A stretch of 64,000 bases of DNA from Psilocybe cubensis (lineage: Eukaryota), in contig CM039004.1 in the NCBI GenBank assembly GCA_017499595.2, positions 3,286,001-3,350,000 of the forward strand, read 5' to 3'. Numbering within the stretch: position 1 is the first letter of the stretch; every line of letters begins with the position of its first letter. Both the position numbers and the translations under genes were made by a program. A model generated the notes under the pieces. That model ran no database searches. It was not told where the DNA came from and saw only the letters and a list, made by a program, of their open reading frames with translations. This document shows, piece after piece, positions 27,520 to 42,646 of this stretch.

Positions 27520-27790
27520 AACTCACCTCTAAGAGCCGCGTACGCCCGCGGGTCAAGACAGAACACAAGGTTTGCCTGGCTACCTACACAAATGTGGGCG
27601 GTGTGGATGCCTGGACACTTTGGGACTCAGGCAGCACCACGTCAGGCATCACCCCAACGTTCGCACAAATCGCGAACATCGCTGTTGACACGTTGCTAGA
27701 CCCCCATATACTACAGCTGGGAACGACGGGTAGCAGGTCAATGATCAAGTATGGGGCCGACGTCACTGTAATGGTGGGGAACACAGTTCA
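27520..27790 (+). pseudogene. Isolated Ty3/Gypsy aspartic protease fragment
   Basis: AWTLWDSGSTTSGI...LQLGTTGSRSMIKYG, a retropepsin DSG motif of fungal Gypsy type. No adjacent RT or LTR was seen. Confidence 0.75.
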
Positions 27791-29954
27791 ACGCTCGCTA
27801 CAACGTCTAATCCAGATTCCTCAGGATCAGACGCAGCAACGTAGAGAAATATATTTGTTTGCACTGTTCCAATGACTGCCTATGTTTGTTCGAATGATAA
27901 GATGAGAGCGTTAAACTGTTTGTAGGTTATACCTCAGTGGCTTAGCGTAAGAATGTCAGTGGGTTTGCCAGACGATACTCTTTATGCGCTAATGTACTCT
28001 GCAGCTTGTAAGTTTTGACACAGTAATAAAACAATTTATTTCAGGAAACTTGTTTGTTGGTGATGTCCAATAACGATATCATATATTTTCTCCTTATTGT
28101 ATCTCAAGCATTACGAAAAGGGAAAGCGAGCACGAAAATCAATAAATAGTCTCGTGCCAATAATCTAGGAATCTGTTTACTGTACCTATATCCGATCACA
28201 GACTCATGAAGATTGAAGCAAGCGCCTGAGCAAAACGATATCCATACCTTAAACAGGACGTTAAGTAGGCTGTGTAATTTAGCGAGACTACCTAAATAGT
28301 CCAACGTCGAGATTTGCGGTTGAGATATGCAAATTAGTAAATGATGGTTATTCTATTGGCAGTAGGTGCGCGTAACAATCGGCTATGGGGTGCACTGCAG
28401 ATCGGCAGCAGGGCGCCTATATAGTCTCATTCTTTTAGTGTGCAGGCTCGACTGTGTTTCAAGTACCGGATGCACTGTTCGATGAATGCGACATTCAACG
28501 TACAAAATGCTCAAATATTATATTCTCAGTCATACCTAGCTCAATCTGTGTTGGTTTATGAAGTTCTTGTGATAATTTCATTTGTAATTGTGCAAAGATG
28601 TAGGAGCTGTATCAGACCTGTATAACATAAACTAGGTCACTGTTCAATACCTTTGTTACCTTCATTGTAGACTTTAAATCCATGATTTTCGAGAAGGTTA
28701 AATTGAACTTCTGATTCATCAAAGCTTATTGGCGAGTTTAGTCTATCACTCATGGATCGCTCTTAACCATAGAATACTTATGGCTCACGAAACTTGAAGC
28801 ATATTTTTATTTTCTAAATTTCCCGCTTCTTCGGCAGTCTAGTTCAAGCCGGCAGCACAGTGAAGGAATCCATTTCAGTTACTCCATACTGCTGCCACGT
28901 TTACGAATCTCTTGACAAAGAGAATAACAATCCTTCCTTCAGCCCGGTCAGGTGTGGGCCGGAGTGATAAACTATTGTTCCCAACGCTCATAGAAGAGCT
29001 TCGAAGCTTGATACTTGAGAAATTGAAGCTTTTAATATTCATTTGTCCTCGGAGACATCGAGATATGAAATTATCCCTGCTTCAGATTGTCTGACAAGCG
29101 ATGGTAGCTGCACTATTATGGAATTTCTTGAGAGTGGGAAGAGGGTATGCAAGCTCCCGTTGCCGGTTCTGTATTGGGCGGAAGCATTCAAGCAAGTTCA
29201 TAGTCCAGAATACCTAAAAAGACGTTCGATTTTGGTTAGAAGCCGCGGACAAGCCTTAGAAACAATATGCAGATTGCAAAAAAATACCTTCATATGACAT
29301 CGAGAGAAGTCTTCTCGGGATATGCATATTATCAGGCGTATGGAATTCGTCACGCGCTAAAATAGAAGCTGAAATTGTCACCGTCATGGTAATAGTTGAT
29401 AACAAGCGATCGTTCGTCCGGAATGGAAAGACGTGTCCGTGGGATCAATTATACGGATATAATAGACTTTAAAAACGTTTTCATCCAAAAGTAGTAGATA
29501 TATTCCCGCAATTTGCGGTCTCAGCAAATCTGAATTGTTGAAGCCGAATGATTCTATTTCTCCTGATGACTCCGAGTCGTTCGTCGCGTTGCCCAGTTCT
29601 TTTGATATTCCTGAACTGTGAATTCACCAAACAACGTTAAATTTTCTACGAGTGGACTTCAGCTCTACTGCAGGATATATAAGTTACAAGTTTGTTCTGA
29701 CATGATACATTGGACCCACGATTTCGAGAGATAGCTTTGAAGCGAAGAAACGCGACGAAATGATCGTGATCTAAAAATACGCGCTATTTTGAGATGTATA
29801 TTTCACACGGCGTCGGGGTAGCACGTGGTCTCGGCCGAATTAGTCGAGACCGACTCCACGTCGTCTGTCGCTGGAGTTGTACTCATTCTTGTTCCGTATA
29901 CATTCCCACCAAACATCCTTTCTTCACCTTCTTTTTATTTTATTATATTCAAAC

Positions 29955-31407
29955 ATGGGTGGAACACAGAGCTACTTATCTTCGGAAGCGGCGCTCACCG
30001 CTTTGGTTGTTGCTGGAGCTATCGGTATTGGATATTCCCAAATGGGCGCGACTTCTGGAGCCACCCCCAACACGCCTGCTGTCATTGCTACAGAAGGCCA
30101 AGCAACGGCGTCAAAGAAGGGAAAGAAGAAGAAGCAGTCAAAAGCTGGTCTTTCTGCTGCTGGCGATATCTCGGAGGCACTTTCTGCCAGCAAATCCGAG
30201 TCCAAAGTACCATCACCTCCCCTTCAACGCGTCGCAGCTTCTCAAGAGGTTATACCTGGTCAATTCGACCCTACTCCAACACAAACGCCTGTCCAGGATC
30301 AGTCTGAACCGTCTGCTAAACCCAAGTCCAAGAAATCCAAGAAAAAGGCCAAAGGAAAGGCCCAGGCTGACAGTACAGCGGATTCGAAGAATGCTCAACC
30401 AATATCATCGTCAATCGATTATCTCTCTGAAACGTCGGCTCAGGCAACCCCTCCCAAGACCGCGAAACGACAAACATCAACGCAACAATCTAAAAAACAG
30501 TCTCCTCCCGCGTCATCATCTTCCCAGCTCACTCGACCCTCTCAACAATCGACGGCGTCAATTGAGACAGATGGGTCCTGGACGCGTGTTGGTCCGCCCC
30601 GGCGCGGGCCCAAGGCTACCGACGCTGATAGTAGCCAACTCTCCGCAGAAGCTGACCCCACAACTAGCGATGCGGGGATAACGCCTTCTGTCACCGGTAA
30701 TTCTTCGCCAGTAGCAGACCGAAGGGCGAGCAGCAGCACCGAAGACGAAACTTTCCTCTTAAACTCAAATGTGTCTTCCCGAGGCTCTGGCGAAAACCGA
30801 AGGACATTGGCCGAAAAATTACTACCGAAACCTAGGAAGACAGGTGTCGACGAGTTGCGTTTATTTTATTCTTGGTAGCCATCGCTTGCCCTGCTGACCT
30901 CGTACTTTTCTCTTATTTCCTGTAGTATGCTCGAGACCTCGGACTTCCCGACTCTATCACGGGTCATGCGAGTTCAACCATTGCCAAATGAGAAACCGGC
31001 TACGGGCTTCTCGTGGGGAGATTATGAAGACGTTCGTGTGGGCACAGACGGTGGGGAGAATGACGCGGATGGAGAAGAAGAGGGATGGGGTGTGGTAACA
31101 AGCAAACGATCCAGTGAATTTTTTTTCTCTATTTCTGTATCCTTTATCGGTGAACTCACATTTTGTCACATTTCTTTTGTAAATAGAACGGACCTTACCG
31201 TCGACCTCTTCGCAATCTCATACCCAGAAGGCCCCCGAGACAATGACTAAACGGCAGAAACAGAACGCGGAGAGAAACGCAGCTAAGAAGGCCCAGAAAG
31301 AGGAAAGCGAGGCGGCTAGGTTAGCAACTCTTGCGCAATACGAACGCGAAAGGGAAAGAGCGAGAATCGCAGAACAGCTTGGCCACAAGTCCAAGGGTCA
31401 AAGGTAA
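29955..31407 (+). CDS. N-terminally membrane-anchored Lys/Ser-rich disordered protein with C-terminal coiled coil; 3 exons
   Basis: MGGTQSY...TM (ALTALVVAGAIGIGY), KKGKKKK, and W-containing motifs (DGSWTRV, FSWGDYED, EGWGVVT). Introns at about 30855-30925 and 31114-31187. Ends GHKSKGQR*. Confidence 0.7.
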
Positions 31408-32184
31408 TATGGTATGGGATTAATGTGGTGATAATAATATATGCGGGCCTTTGAGTCGAGTAGATAGACGATATTAAATATTATTGGGACTTTAAATTTG
31501 GTACTGGAGGGTAAAATGATATGATGCAACGGGTGTTGGTGTGGACGTGAGTGCCCACGCGATCACGAGGATAACGAAAAAACAGAGGTTATGAGAATCA
31601 AATGCGTACAAATGCCTTGCTACCCTAAAAATAAAAGAATGTCCATGAATTCCGGGAATGAATAGCTGCAAGGAGCGACAAGGTGAGGTGGGCTATAGTG
31701 TAATGCGTTGGACTGAGTTTCGAAGCGCTTTCCGATTAATGAAACTGATCAGCAGGCTAATGAGCGGCTAGTGAGGGTTTAGCTGTAATTGGGCACATTG
31801 CATTTAGTTCGGGAAGGCAGTATGTGATGCAGATAGAGATAGATCCCTACGCACATATCAACAAAGTGGTGAAATGTCGGCAGATTTCCAGGTTATAAAT
31901 GCGATAAGTGGTGGGCGGCGACGCGCAACGGCAGAACAAATAGGAGTGACGGATATAGTGAAACTGAATGGAATACGATATTGAGAACAGAACGTTGATA
32001 ACTTTGATGATGGCGATGCGAGGAATATGACGCTAGACCAGTCAGGTTGCACGGTGCATTTGAGTTGCGGGTAAATTTGTAACCACATGAGCCTTCGGGA
32101 CCATCTGATGCGTCGTCCGGAGTATAGTCGTAGAGTGTACCGAAGGACTTGGTGGCCTTGGGTATCATGTTGAAAGAACATCGA

Positions 32185-33931
32185 TCATCCGCCGCCGTGG
32201 CCGAGAAGATCAACTAAAGTACCAAGCTCGTCATCGGTCGCGGTTAGCGGAGTGGTACATACTCTTCCGAGTCCTCTCGTCTTCTCTAGCAGGGAGAAGC
32301 AACGGGCGCGCGAGCGGTTCGTGATCAGAGGTCCGGCGCGCGAGCATACTCTGTTGGGGATTATACGCCGATGGCGAGACTGTCCCCGACGGCGCTGTAG
32401 CGGTGTTATCGTGGAACATATCTGCACTAGAAGAGGAATGTTCACCAATGCCTGACGAGGCCGTACCTCCGCCAACATTCGAGCTCGAGTCTTGACGAAA
32501 AATATCACTGGGTCTTCGGATCCGGGGCGCAGACGCTCGCCCAGCATGAGCGTCTGCGCGTGGAAGTTTTTTGACTGGATCTCGGTAGCTGTAGGTTGTG
32601 ATGATGATGCGGATGATGTAGGCTCGGGGCGGTTGAACGGAGATGTGATGACGGAAAGCGAAAGCGGGGAACTCTTCAGGGTCGCAGCTGCTGTTGATGG
32701 TGACGTTTCTGCGCGGTGGCGGGGGTGAGATGGCGGGTTACTGTGCAATCCAGAAGATGCAGAGCCGGCAGATGGCACTGGACCGCTCACTGATTGATGT
32801 TGTTGGTGGCGCGTCGGTGACTGAGCTCCTTCAGGTTTCACGTAACGACTAGACGCAAGGGATGAAGTCTCCATATGTTGAGAGTATGTTTGCTGTTGTT
32901 GCGGAGGTTGCGGTGGAGGCATCAACGTCGGGTAACCCATTGGGTTTGACGTCGCCGGGGAATTAAATAATTGCACCGCCTCTCCTGCTACCCCTGGCAT
33001 AGCTGCTTGGACGCCCAAAGGAAAGAATGGTTGACCGCCCGGAGGCGGCATAAGCCTCTGCACAAAGGCTGCCAACTGCTCAAAACGCGCTTTCAACTCG
33101 TCAAATTCAGCTTTCGTGGCATACTTCTCCCTAAAAAGTCATCATTGGGGAGTTAAACTGGGCGTTGAGGGGTTATAATAGAAAAGCTTACACTGGTTCA
33201 ACAATATGCCATTGACACCCTGCCTCTTCTCCTCGGCGCGTACATGGCGCGCATGGTTGTGTCCTAATAATTTAGCAGAAAACTGTCAGCCATAGATATT
33301 ACGCGCCGCAATCTGTCAGCCTACCTATCGCACTTGATCTTCCGCCTCTTGCATTCTAAAGTCATAGGCCCAGACCGCATGGTTTATATCATCACACGGG
33401 CAGAGAGATGGCAGATGATGCATGTCGATGGAGTTGAGGTTCAGAGACGGACGGGGAATGTGATGGAACAAAAAAAGGTCAAACGAAATCGATAAGAGAA
33501 CCGCGAATAGAGTCAACAGTGAGCATTAATGGAACGACACGTATTACGAAGAGTTGAATGTAATCACCGGTGCAACTCAAGGCTTGCCTTCGCCGCTTCT
33601 TCTTGGGCGGACCGCGCTGTTCCAAATCATCAGGGTCAGAGTCAACTGAGTACATCAAGTCTCGCGCTGCAGCGGACCCCATGGCATGTGACGTTCCGGA
33701 ATCGAGCTGGCTGACGTTGGAGTGAAAGTGGGAAGGAGGATACGCGTACGCCGACGGTTCAGTGGAGACATGTTGGGATATTGACGAGGTTGGAGGGAGG
33801 TATGCACCGAGCTGGTGTATCGACGGAAGCGACGTCTGGCCCTGTTGACCCTGTGAGCCCATTGATAGCTGGCCTGAAGGCGGACTACGGCGGCGTTTGT
33901 TACTCCCAGGAGGTGTCCTGGAGGTATCCAT
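32185..33931 (-). CDS. Zn(II)2Cys6 (GAL4-type) transcription factor; multi-exon, 3' end approximate
   Basis: Spliced binuclear cluster KKKRRRQALSCT/ECKRRKIKCDR/TQPCAPCTRRGEEAGC, followed by a short coiled coil (AEFDELKARFEQL). Confidence 0.85.
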
Positions 33932-36900
33932 GCCGTGTCGGGGATGGAGGTCAACGTCGACCCAATTGCTGGCAGTGAAAGCTGTGGATTGGGCTGGGTG
34001 TGGGCATGAGACTAACCGAGTTCTGGAAGTGTGTTGGGCGACTCTTATGGGGCAGAATTAGTTAACGTGTTAGAGACATCTCGTGGCTACCCTGTCCGAA
34101 AAAGGCACCATCGTCTGGTCGAAGAAGGGCTAGTGGGGGAGCTCTGAAGAAATTCCGGCATGCCAGGATCGTTAGAACGTGATCTATAGACAATATTGGG
34201 ACAGTAACCTAACAAGAATCCCGGTGATATAGCGAATTGCGGACTAAAATTGCGCTTGGCGATTGGGACCGATACATTTCAATCAAAAGACAGAGTTTCA
34301 CCCGACATATGACATTTGGTGTGCCGCTATTTTAAACTCACCCTTGCGCCATATTCCCATCTTTATCGGGCGTCAGCTTCGTGACTCTAACATATCTGAG
34401 AGCGAGTAGGAATCATGAGTTGCACGCAGCATGAAAAGAACCACTTCTACCAGCCACCGCATCGGTGTCAAAATAACCTTGAATTCTGTTTTTGGACGCC
34501 ATGCCGTAAGCGGATGTTCCGTGTTATGTCCGGCATTCCGCTTTCATCCTGCCAAACTTCGACAACAGGGGGGTTGCGGAAATTATCAAAATAACGGGGG
34601 TTGTGCAATAATGTCGTGTCCTCACTCAAACCTCACCTGTACTGCCCTGTAAATTTTTGGCGTGATACATGGCGGAGATCCGGCGAAACGAACTCACGAT
34701 GTGAAATTGTCGACGCACTTGGATGAAGATCGTGCCTGTTAAGGGATGGTACATGTCGGTCGTTCAATGAGAGTGTAAAGTAAAATTTCATGCTCTGCTA
34801 GCTCTGGTTTTCGGTGGCGCGAGGGGTACAGTCCAACTCATCGTATCTTATTCAGGACATTGACCCGTTGTTAAGGATGTCGATATACTTGACATGTACG
34901 AATCGGTATACATGACCTCGTAAAGTTCGGCAATAGCGTTCCGACATGATAAGAGCTTAACTCAGAGCTCATTCACTTAATCTTCTGAAACGATTGCACC
35001 AGTGAAAGTTGTAAACCGAGCTTGGGAGTCCTTATTTTGGATTTGAAGACGTCACCTGAGTCTCCGAAATACATGGAGAACCTTTAGCGATAGTGGCAAT
35101 CCTCAAGGTGTCCACGAGTTCAGACAGTCGCAAATGAGATATACCTCGAGGTCCGGGGCGTTATAACAAAATGGGAAATTATGTACTCTATCCTATGGGC
35201 ATGATTACCTCATCGGAGATCTTTCCTCGTTTCCTCCTCACCGCACACTTTCATGAACAGAAATAAATAACACCATCAAACAGGCTATCTCCGTGTAAAG
35301 TGGTGTTCTATTCTGCCCTTACGGCGTCGTATATGCTTGATCAAATGATCCTGTTCGCGAGAGTGATATCTGACATTCACTCCAATTTCGACGCTTCTAA
35401 AACGGCCAATAGTTTTAATTCCATGTTGTCAGGCGATCTTCGAGGTTACATTTCGTTCTAGGTTACAGGAATTCGAGAAGTATCATAGAACACTGAACTG
35501 TGAGCAACTCTGCCAGAGCCTTTCACAAAGGGAAGGCACAATGACGTCTGTAGGAAGCCAGGCACATCAGTGTGGCCGTGACCACATTTCGGAAATATCA
35601 AAAAGTATAGCCGAATCCTTGACATTTCTATGTTTGAATGCGTCACTGAGCATACTTTGGGCGTGTATATGGGGAGCAGAAGCGGCCAGCACTTTGTACA
35701 CGTTGGAACTTGGTCAAGGTCTTACGAAAATCCACAAGCCCTAATGGGCCAAGTGCCTGTATGTTATCTATCGATATCAGCGACTTGAGCGCTTGAAAGT
35801 GGCAGAGATAGCGTGTGTAAGATAAGCAGTTGTCGCACGCCTTCAAAATGTTCACAGGTAGCACAAACTTACGGTAACAAAAGCTGGCCGGAGTGTAAGA
35901 ATAGCCATCGCCTCGGAAAATGAGGATATTCACCGTTAAAGATAGCTTGAGTGGGAGTATTTGCAAATAAGTGTTTAAAAAGAAAGCAACCGAGAGAAAA
36001 GGTGATTCCTGAATAGCTGGATTCGAGCCCTCTACATACTACAATTTGTATTGTACCCAAATCTGATTAGCCACTCTATCAGTGAGAATGAACGATGAAC
36101 GGCATGCCCAGAAATGGTGCCCCGAAGGTCTGTCTTCTCGTTTTGCCGAATACAAATGCTCCCTCAATACGAAGCAATGCGAAAATATGGACTGGCGAGG
36201 TGACTGTAAAGAGAGGAAATTACCAATTGGAGCTCCGAATATATACCCCGAAGCCTGGTCCGTGCGCGGGACACCATACAAATAGCGCCGCGCGTTGTTT
36301 GCTCAACTTTATCGAAAGTTCACCTCGTGGGAAGATATTTGGGTTGCCTGGTGGCTTATCACTCTGGGGAACTTGAACTTTGTCGCGAGGGAGAACAACT
36401 TCTTTCACCTAAGATCACGCTGGCTCTTCGATGCTAGTAGTGGCCCGTATGGAAGATACACCTTTTGTTCGTTTAATAGTCTTTCCTGGATTTAAGTATA
36501 TGTCTTTTTTTTTTTTGAAATGAATCTTCTCAAACCATTCCAGATTCCGTTTCATTAATAATTAATGAACATCCGAAACAGTAGTAATTGTTGACCATTT
36601 TGAAGAGAATTTTCTGTTACTGTGAGCTTTTGGTAACGTTCAAGGTAAGAATTTAGTGTGAAAGTAGTCCTCCAACTGGATTGATCCTTGGGTGAACAAT
36701 TCATACAACACCACAACTGGAGCGACCCATATCTCATGGAATCGCGCCTAATGTTTAATTTAGATCGACCCTAGGTATGTTGTAACATCACCGAAAGATC
36801 GATCCTAGAAGAATCCCGCCATTGACGACGCGGCCTTGCCACCCGTGTTATGTTTCGACGTCAACGACATTAATCTATCCAAACTCCGGCACTAGTATCC

Positions 36901-39900
36901 AGAGCTCCTCAGAATAGCATCGACATTTTTAACGATCGTCTCACGTCTCCCGCTTTGGGTTATTGGGGGTTGCTTCTGGGTGATTTCGTCATGGTTGCCG
37001 AGCGGCTGTTGTCGGGTTGCTGGACACTCGTACCACTAACCAGAGTTATCAAATAACGCCTATATGAGTGAACTTCGAGGCTCTTGTCATAATTTAGACG
37101 GGATGTTTAGGCCATAGATTAATCACGTACACGACAACAAATCTACTTGAAGGATCAAAGCGAATGATGGTAGAAGTATCAGAAATTTGTTAAGTGGAAT
37201 TAGAGTTTTCTCAACAACACAGGTTGTATTTACAAAGATTGAATTTCTATTCTTACCGTTTTATTCGTTTTGTGGCTAATATTCACAAGTCCGTTGAGCA
37301 TTTCTGCTACCGAATTTTCTGCCACTGGAATCTCCAATTATTACGAAAGCTTACTCAAAAGGTAGCGTACATAATACGCTAGACTCACTTTGTTTAACCA
37401 CTTGTTTGTGGCAAAGATTTGCAGCTTTGTAGACAGCTGTGGAACAAATGCTAAACAAGGCGGCAACAGAGGTTGTGGCATCGGCCATCAATGAATAGCC
37501 CACAACGCCCAAGCACCTAGATCTCCCCGAATATCGCGCGATTATTATTACATATATGCTTGCAGCTCTCTGCGCCCAATTGTCACTGATGGCGTGGATG
37601 GTATCCGGAGACATGCCAGCTCCAATCTAGGCTGAATGCATTGGTGTCACTGACGGTCCGTGGTACGGACAAGGATTAAACTTTGCCTGATGCTGTACAT
37701 ATCGAGGACAGAGACAGAACTGCTTTCAGGAGTGCGTCTACTGCATTGTGTTACCTCACTGCCTTAAGGGAGCAAAAGGATCAGGGCGCCCGATGGCGTA
37801 GGCTCATGTGTCAAGTCATGCATTTACCGCGAGCCGGTCGCTCAGGTAGCTGAAGGATAATCATTGGCACCGTTCATTAATTTCTGGAGATACTTTAGCA
37901 TTCAGGCTGCGCACCATAGAACGCAGAAATTTCGGTTTGGAGAACAGAATAAACAGGTGGAAGGTTTAAACACCATGACGGAGATGATATGTTTTAGGAA
38001 TGGCTCGGGTCGAGGCGTCAGGAGTGACGATATACCCACTTCTTTTAAACGGTACTCTATACAGGACTGCTGAGATAGTCACTGAAGAGATTCCGTATTA
38101 TGGGTGTATCATGGCCGTTGGTTAGTGAGCAAAAGAGACATACGTGTTCACTAATTTATCCAGTCCTCAGTACGATAGATTTCTGACAGTATAGTAAAAT
38201 GATACATATGTTTAGCTGAGAGTATTGTTGTATTATTGGTGACTAGAGAAATCATACGGAGTCCGAAATTTTGCACCCTAGTATTATTTATACTCCATTC
38301 TCTGCGTCTCCCGACGAAGATGTCTGACAGTATCCGAGTGAGTCGATTAACTCGGCGATTTAGATAACAACTCAATAAGGTGACATATGCATTCAATCCG
38401 CATATAACTATCAGTTTCACTGCTTGATGATGATATGCATCCGGATCTCGAAGGACTTTTTTAGTGCGAGTCGAACTTTGTCATCCCCAGATGTGTGTTT
38501 GTTTAATCTTGTGACAGACCCTGACGGATGATATGTCTGGACTCCGCACGCTGTGCCTTGCCTCTGAGATAATGCATGGAGCCATAGATGAAGGGTCAGG
38601 ATGAGCAGGTGACTCGACATCCCACACGCACGCCATATCACCAGCGCGTAGCAGCAATCAATAGGCGAAGTCCATGCTCAGCAAACATGTTCATTACTGG
38701 AAAACTCTCACTCAAATCTCGGATATATGGGTGCAGTTGCTATATTAATAACAAGCGACATATAAAATTTTAACATGAGTTGTCGGTTGTACAGACAGGC
38801 CGTTCATATAATCCACTTCGCTCCCAGAGACGGGCGTGGTGCATTTTTGATTCATGAATGACTCGGAAAGGTTCAGTGACATACTCTGCGACTCGTGCGT
38901 TTTCCTACTGTGGGAAACCTCAGGTGACGGGTGAGCTTGAGTTGCACGCTGAAGGATCCTACAAAGTGGCTCAAAGCAACGCGAAAGGCGCCACTGACAA
39001 TCTAACTCGAGCTGAGAGCTTCTGGTTTAATCTGGAACAAATGGAACGAACAGACCAGCAACCAGTTTTCTATGAAGATGTTATGAATCGCAGCATGACC
39101 TGGGAAGATTAAATAATCCGCAGCCACGGGCGCTCGACATGACGCATTACACTTTTAGACATCGTATAGGCTACGCCTAGAGTTGGAGATGAAGGACCCT
39201 ATGAGCAGCTAGGTACATATCCACTCACCTTCTCGCGCCTCGTGCACGGTGCTCCTGGACGGAAAGGCGTCGAGCATGCCCTCAAAGAAGCGTAGAGGTC
39301 ATAATCTCCGTGACTTATAAATGGACTGACATCGCCACCTCGTTGAAGACGCGTGTTTCATGAGATCCAGTATAAACGCGTAAATAAGCCCTGTTGACGT
39401 ACCTCGACCCCCGCAATGTGGCACTGTTGGAATCAAAGTTGGTTCGAGAAGCTGCAAGAGCTATTAATCTATCACTGGCACAGACGGTGAGTCGATGGAA
39501 TATTATGAATTTTGGGCCGAGTCTCGTCCTCAATCATTGCGTCTGAAAATTTTGTCGAGCTCCGAGTTTAGGCGATACAGATTTACAGACACGCTGAAGT
39601 GGAAAAAATGGAAGTTTGGATTGGAATGCGTCAAATGCGTAAACGGTAATGGCGTTTTTCGGTGATCCAGGGTCTTGTTGGAGGAGCGTATGGCGATGAT
39701 CTGCGAAGTGGCGTTATTGAACTCCTCATCACCATCGACGTTGAGCTCAAAAGGGGTTCTGCATTATGCACACGAAACAGTATGTCAGATTTTGTATAGC
39801 TTTTTAAAGCCCACTTCTAAGCATTTCTCAGGAGTGCCGGATCCAACAAAGAGGCTCAAACATCCATAAATTTTAACTCTTTTTTTTATCTTTTTTCGTA

Positions 39901-40938
39901 CACTTGGAGCCACTTCACAAGGAATAAAGCATTCATCCGATCGAGGCTGATGTGAGAAATTAACGGTACTTAAATTTAATTCGTTCAAATTGTTGGCACT
40001 CTGCATTGCAAGCCTGTGAGTATGCATATCACAACATTGGTATGAATATCAAGCATAGAACGTCGTAGGTCGGTCATCTTAACTTTGAGTACTTATGCTC
40101 CTTCAGGAGAAACAACAATGCCATGGATTTCAGTAAAAAATGTGATACATAGCCAGTCGGTTCCCCATATATTTCCCAATCGAGCAAAGTCAGACGGCAT
40201 TCCAAGGAAGGAAACACAATCCCTATTTCCAGACCGGCACTTAGGACCGAGTTCACCACGATGTACTAGTTCATAGTTTTTTAAAGCCATTGATGCTATA
40301 CTAGCATGACATGGTTGAGCGTTCTCGTCTGCTTAGCCGAAACTGGGCATTGTCGATCTGATCCTCCCTGCCTTATTGCGTACTACATTCAGAACAGAAG
40401 TGTTGTTGGAAGAAAATTGTAGACATGTGAGTGTTCCCGGGTCGAAGTCTGATGACGTCGATAGCAGAACTATCGGTATGACGTCCGATTATTGCACTAC
40501 GCTAGAAATGAGACATCAAGAGTCATTAATCTACGACTACTTACTGGAGGAATCACCGTGGATAAAGTAGGATGTGTTTATGCTAATGCAATGGAGAGGT
40601 TAAGCTCGATCCGAGGTCATGTCAGGAGACTGGAAAAGCGTCGGGTAATCTGAGAAAAAATGACAAAGATACACAACAAATGATCTTGAATTTTACTACA
40701 CCTCAACTGCCACGAACATACCGACGATCCTATTCAGCATTACTTTTCAGAAATCATATAGCCATGTATTGATCCATCAGAAGAGACCTTCAAATAATCC
40801 CAAAATAATCCCCTTATCCCACGCTCGATACTTCAAATACTTACTGAGCGTGAGATCAGCGTTGTTTTCTGCCTTGACCCTTTACCAAGCTCGCGCTCAG
40901 TTCTGTCCGGCCAGCATTCTTCTCTAGTCATCATCCTA

Positions 40939-42408
40939 ATGATTTCGGACACCCAAACCTCCATTACCTCCTCAGATCCTCATTTTCCATCAGAGATAAC
41001 GGACCTCATCTTCGACTTCGCCCTGCCAGGGCTTGATCCACGTTCTATCTCCTCCGTGGCACATGCATCGCACCATTTTCGAGCGCTAGCAAACCATCAA
41101 CGATTCTCTTCAATATCTTTCGTATACAATGACACAAAAAGAATCCCCACAAACGTGAAGATGCGTATTTGCAAGTTTGCAGAGCTGATCCAAACTGGCA
41201 GGCAGATAACGACAATGCGCGGGATACAGACATTCATTTCATCCTTTACTTTGGAGGTCGGGATCGGAAGCGATTTTTTGAATTTCACGAAGCTGGGGTA
41301 TTTGTCTGTTATTTTCGACAACCTGTTTAGGGACCCAGCAATAACGTGTGAGCCAGTTCGCATGTTATCTCTCAATATCGCACCCGACCAACCATTTCGT
41401 GATTGGAAGAAGGACGGTAACACTTTGCTGGAATCTCTCTGGTCACTGATCAGAACACCATACCTCAACGAACTACGGATACTGAGAGGATCAGGCATAC
41501 CCCTGAATCTCATACTGGGTTCTAACATCGAGAATCTCCATGTCGGAGACTTGGTGATGTTCGACGATGAAATTGTTGAGCTCAAGCAAGTCAGTAGACC
41601 AGTGGAATTGAAGTCGTTATGGTTGGATGTCTGGCCTGACTCGGACCTGGAAAATTATTTACAGCTCATATGTGACACTTCGGATCCACCGCCTGAAAGA
41701 TTTTCGGATCTGACAGACCTTGTTGTATATAACGGGTCGAACGTTTTTATATCGAGAATCCTGGGCCTGACGAAGTCCTTGAAGACGTTGACACTTGGTC
41801 ACCGTTACAATCCAAGTCAGTGCAATTCTTAGATTACCCTTCTTGTCTTAACCTGAGTATTCAATACTTTCACTGTAGGCGGTCCGTCAGCCAAAATGTC
41901 CATTCCATGCAATAGGCTACCTTTTCTAAAAAGCCTCCACATCAAGTCTGAATCCGACCATTTCAGTAATATTACTAACGAATCCGAGCCACTCAAAATG
42001 CTTGGCTGCTTTGGAATGACACCCCTCTTGGAAACACTCACGATATCCCTCATTTCAACTATTAAGGATACCGACCTATTGTATCGTAGAAACGGCAGAT
42101 GGTTATACTCCGACGAGACAGGAGGGCATCTATTCGACCATAAGAGGGGAAATGTTTGGGATAAACATTTGGCTTCCCTTCCACTAAAGGATACGACAGC
42201 GGTAGAGGTTGCATTGCATTTAACCCATTTGAATGGCTCTCCACTGATATCGAACGGGCATCTGTGGGGGGATCAGTGGAAGGAGCATTTTATCACGTCT
42301 TTCTCTCAATGCGCGGCCACCTATCGCAATTTTCGGGTATCGTTTCATTACTCCATAAAAAAGGATGATAGATTTTCAATTGCAGGTTATTATATGGCGG
42401 CCTTCTGA
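40939..42408 (+). CDS. F-box-like/LRR-like hypothetical protein; 2 exons
   Basis: FPSEITDLIFDFALPGLDPRSISSVAHASHHFRALANHQRFS. Intron at about 41816-41878. Paralog at 58125. Confidence 0.75.
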
Positions 42409-42646
42409 AATCAGTTATAATTATTTGTAATGTATGTCTTATCTGCCTACTAGGTATCACAGTATAAAATTCTTGTATCAATTAACAAAAGGTTACACCT
42501 ACACAGAACATTGTGATTGGTCTACAATACAGAGATTTCAGAGTGTACATATCGGGCATAGGAAAAAATAAGTGCAGCGCAAGTGCGCAAGTGCAAAACG
42601 TGCAAATGCAAGTGCACGGTGGCTGTGCTGCAGTGCAGTGCAAGCT

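Noticed and set aside
34400-40600. Scattered 60-107 aa ORFs, possibly decayed genes
   Set aside because: I could not assemble a coherent spliced gene or recognise a domain. BLASTX would be needed.
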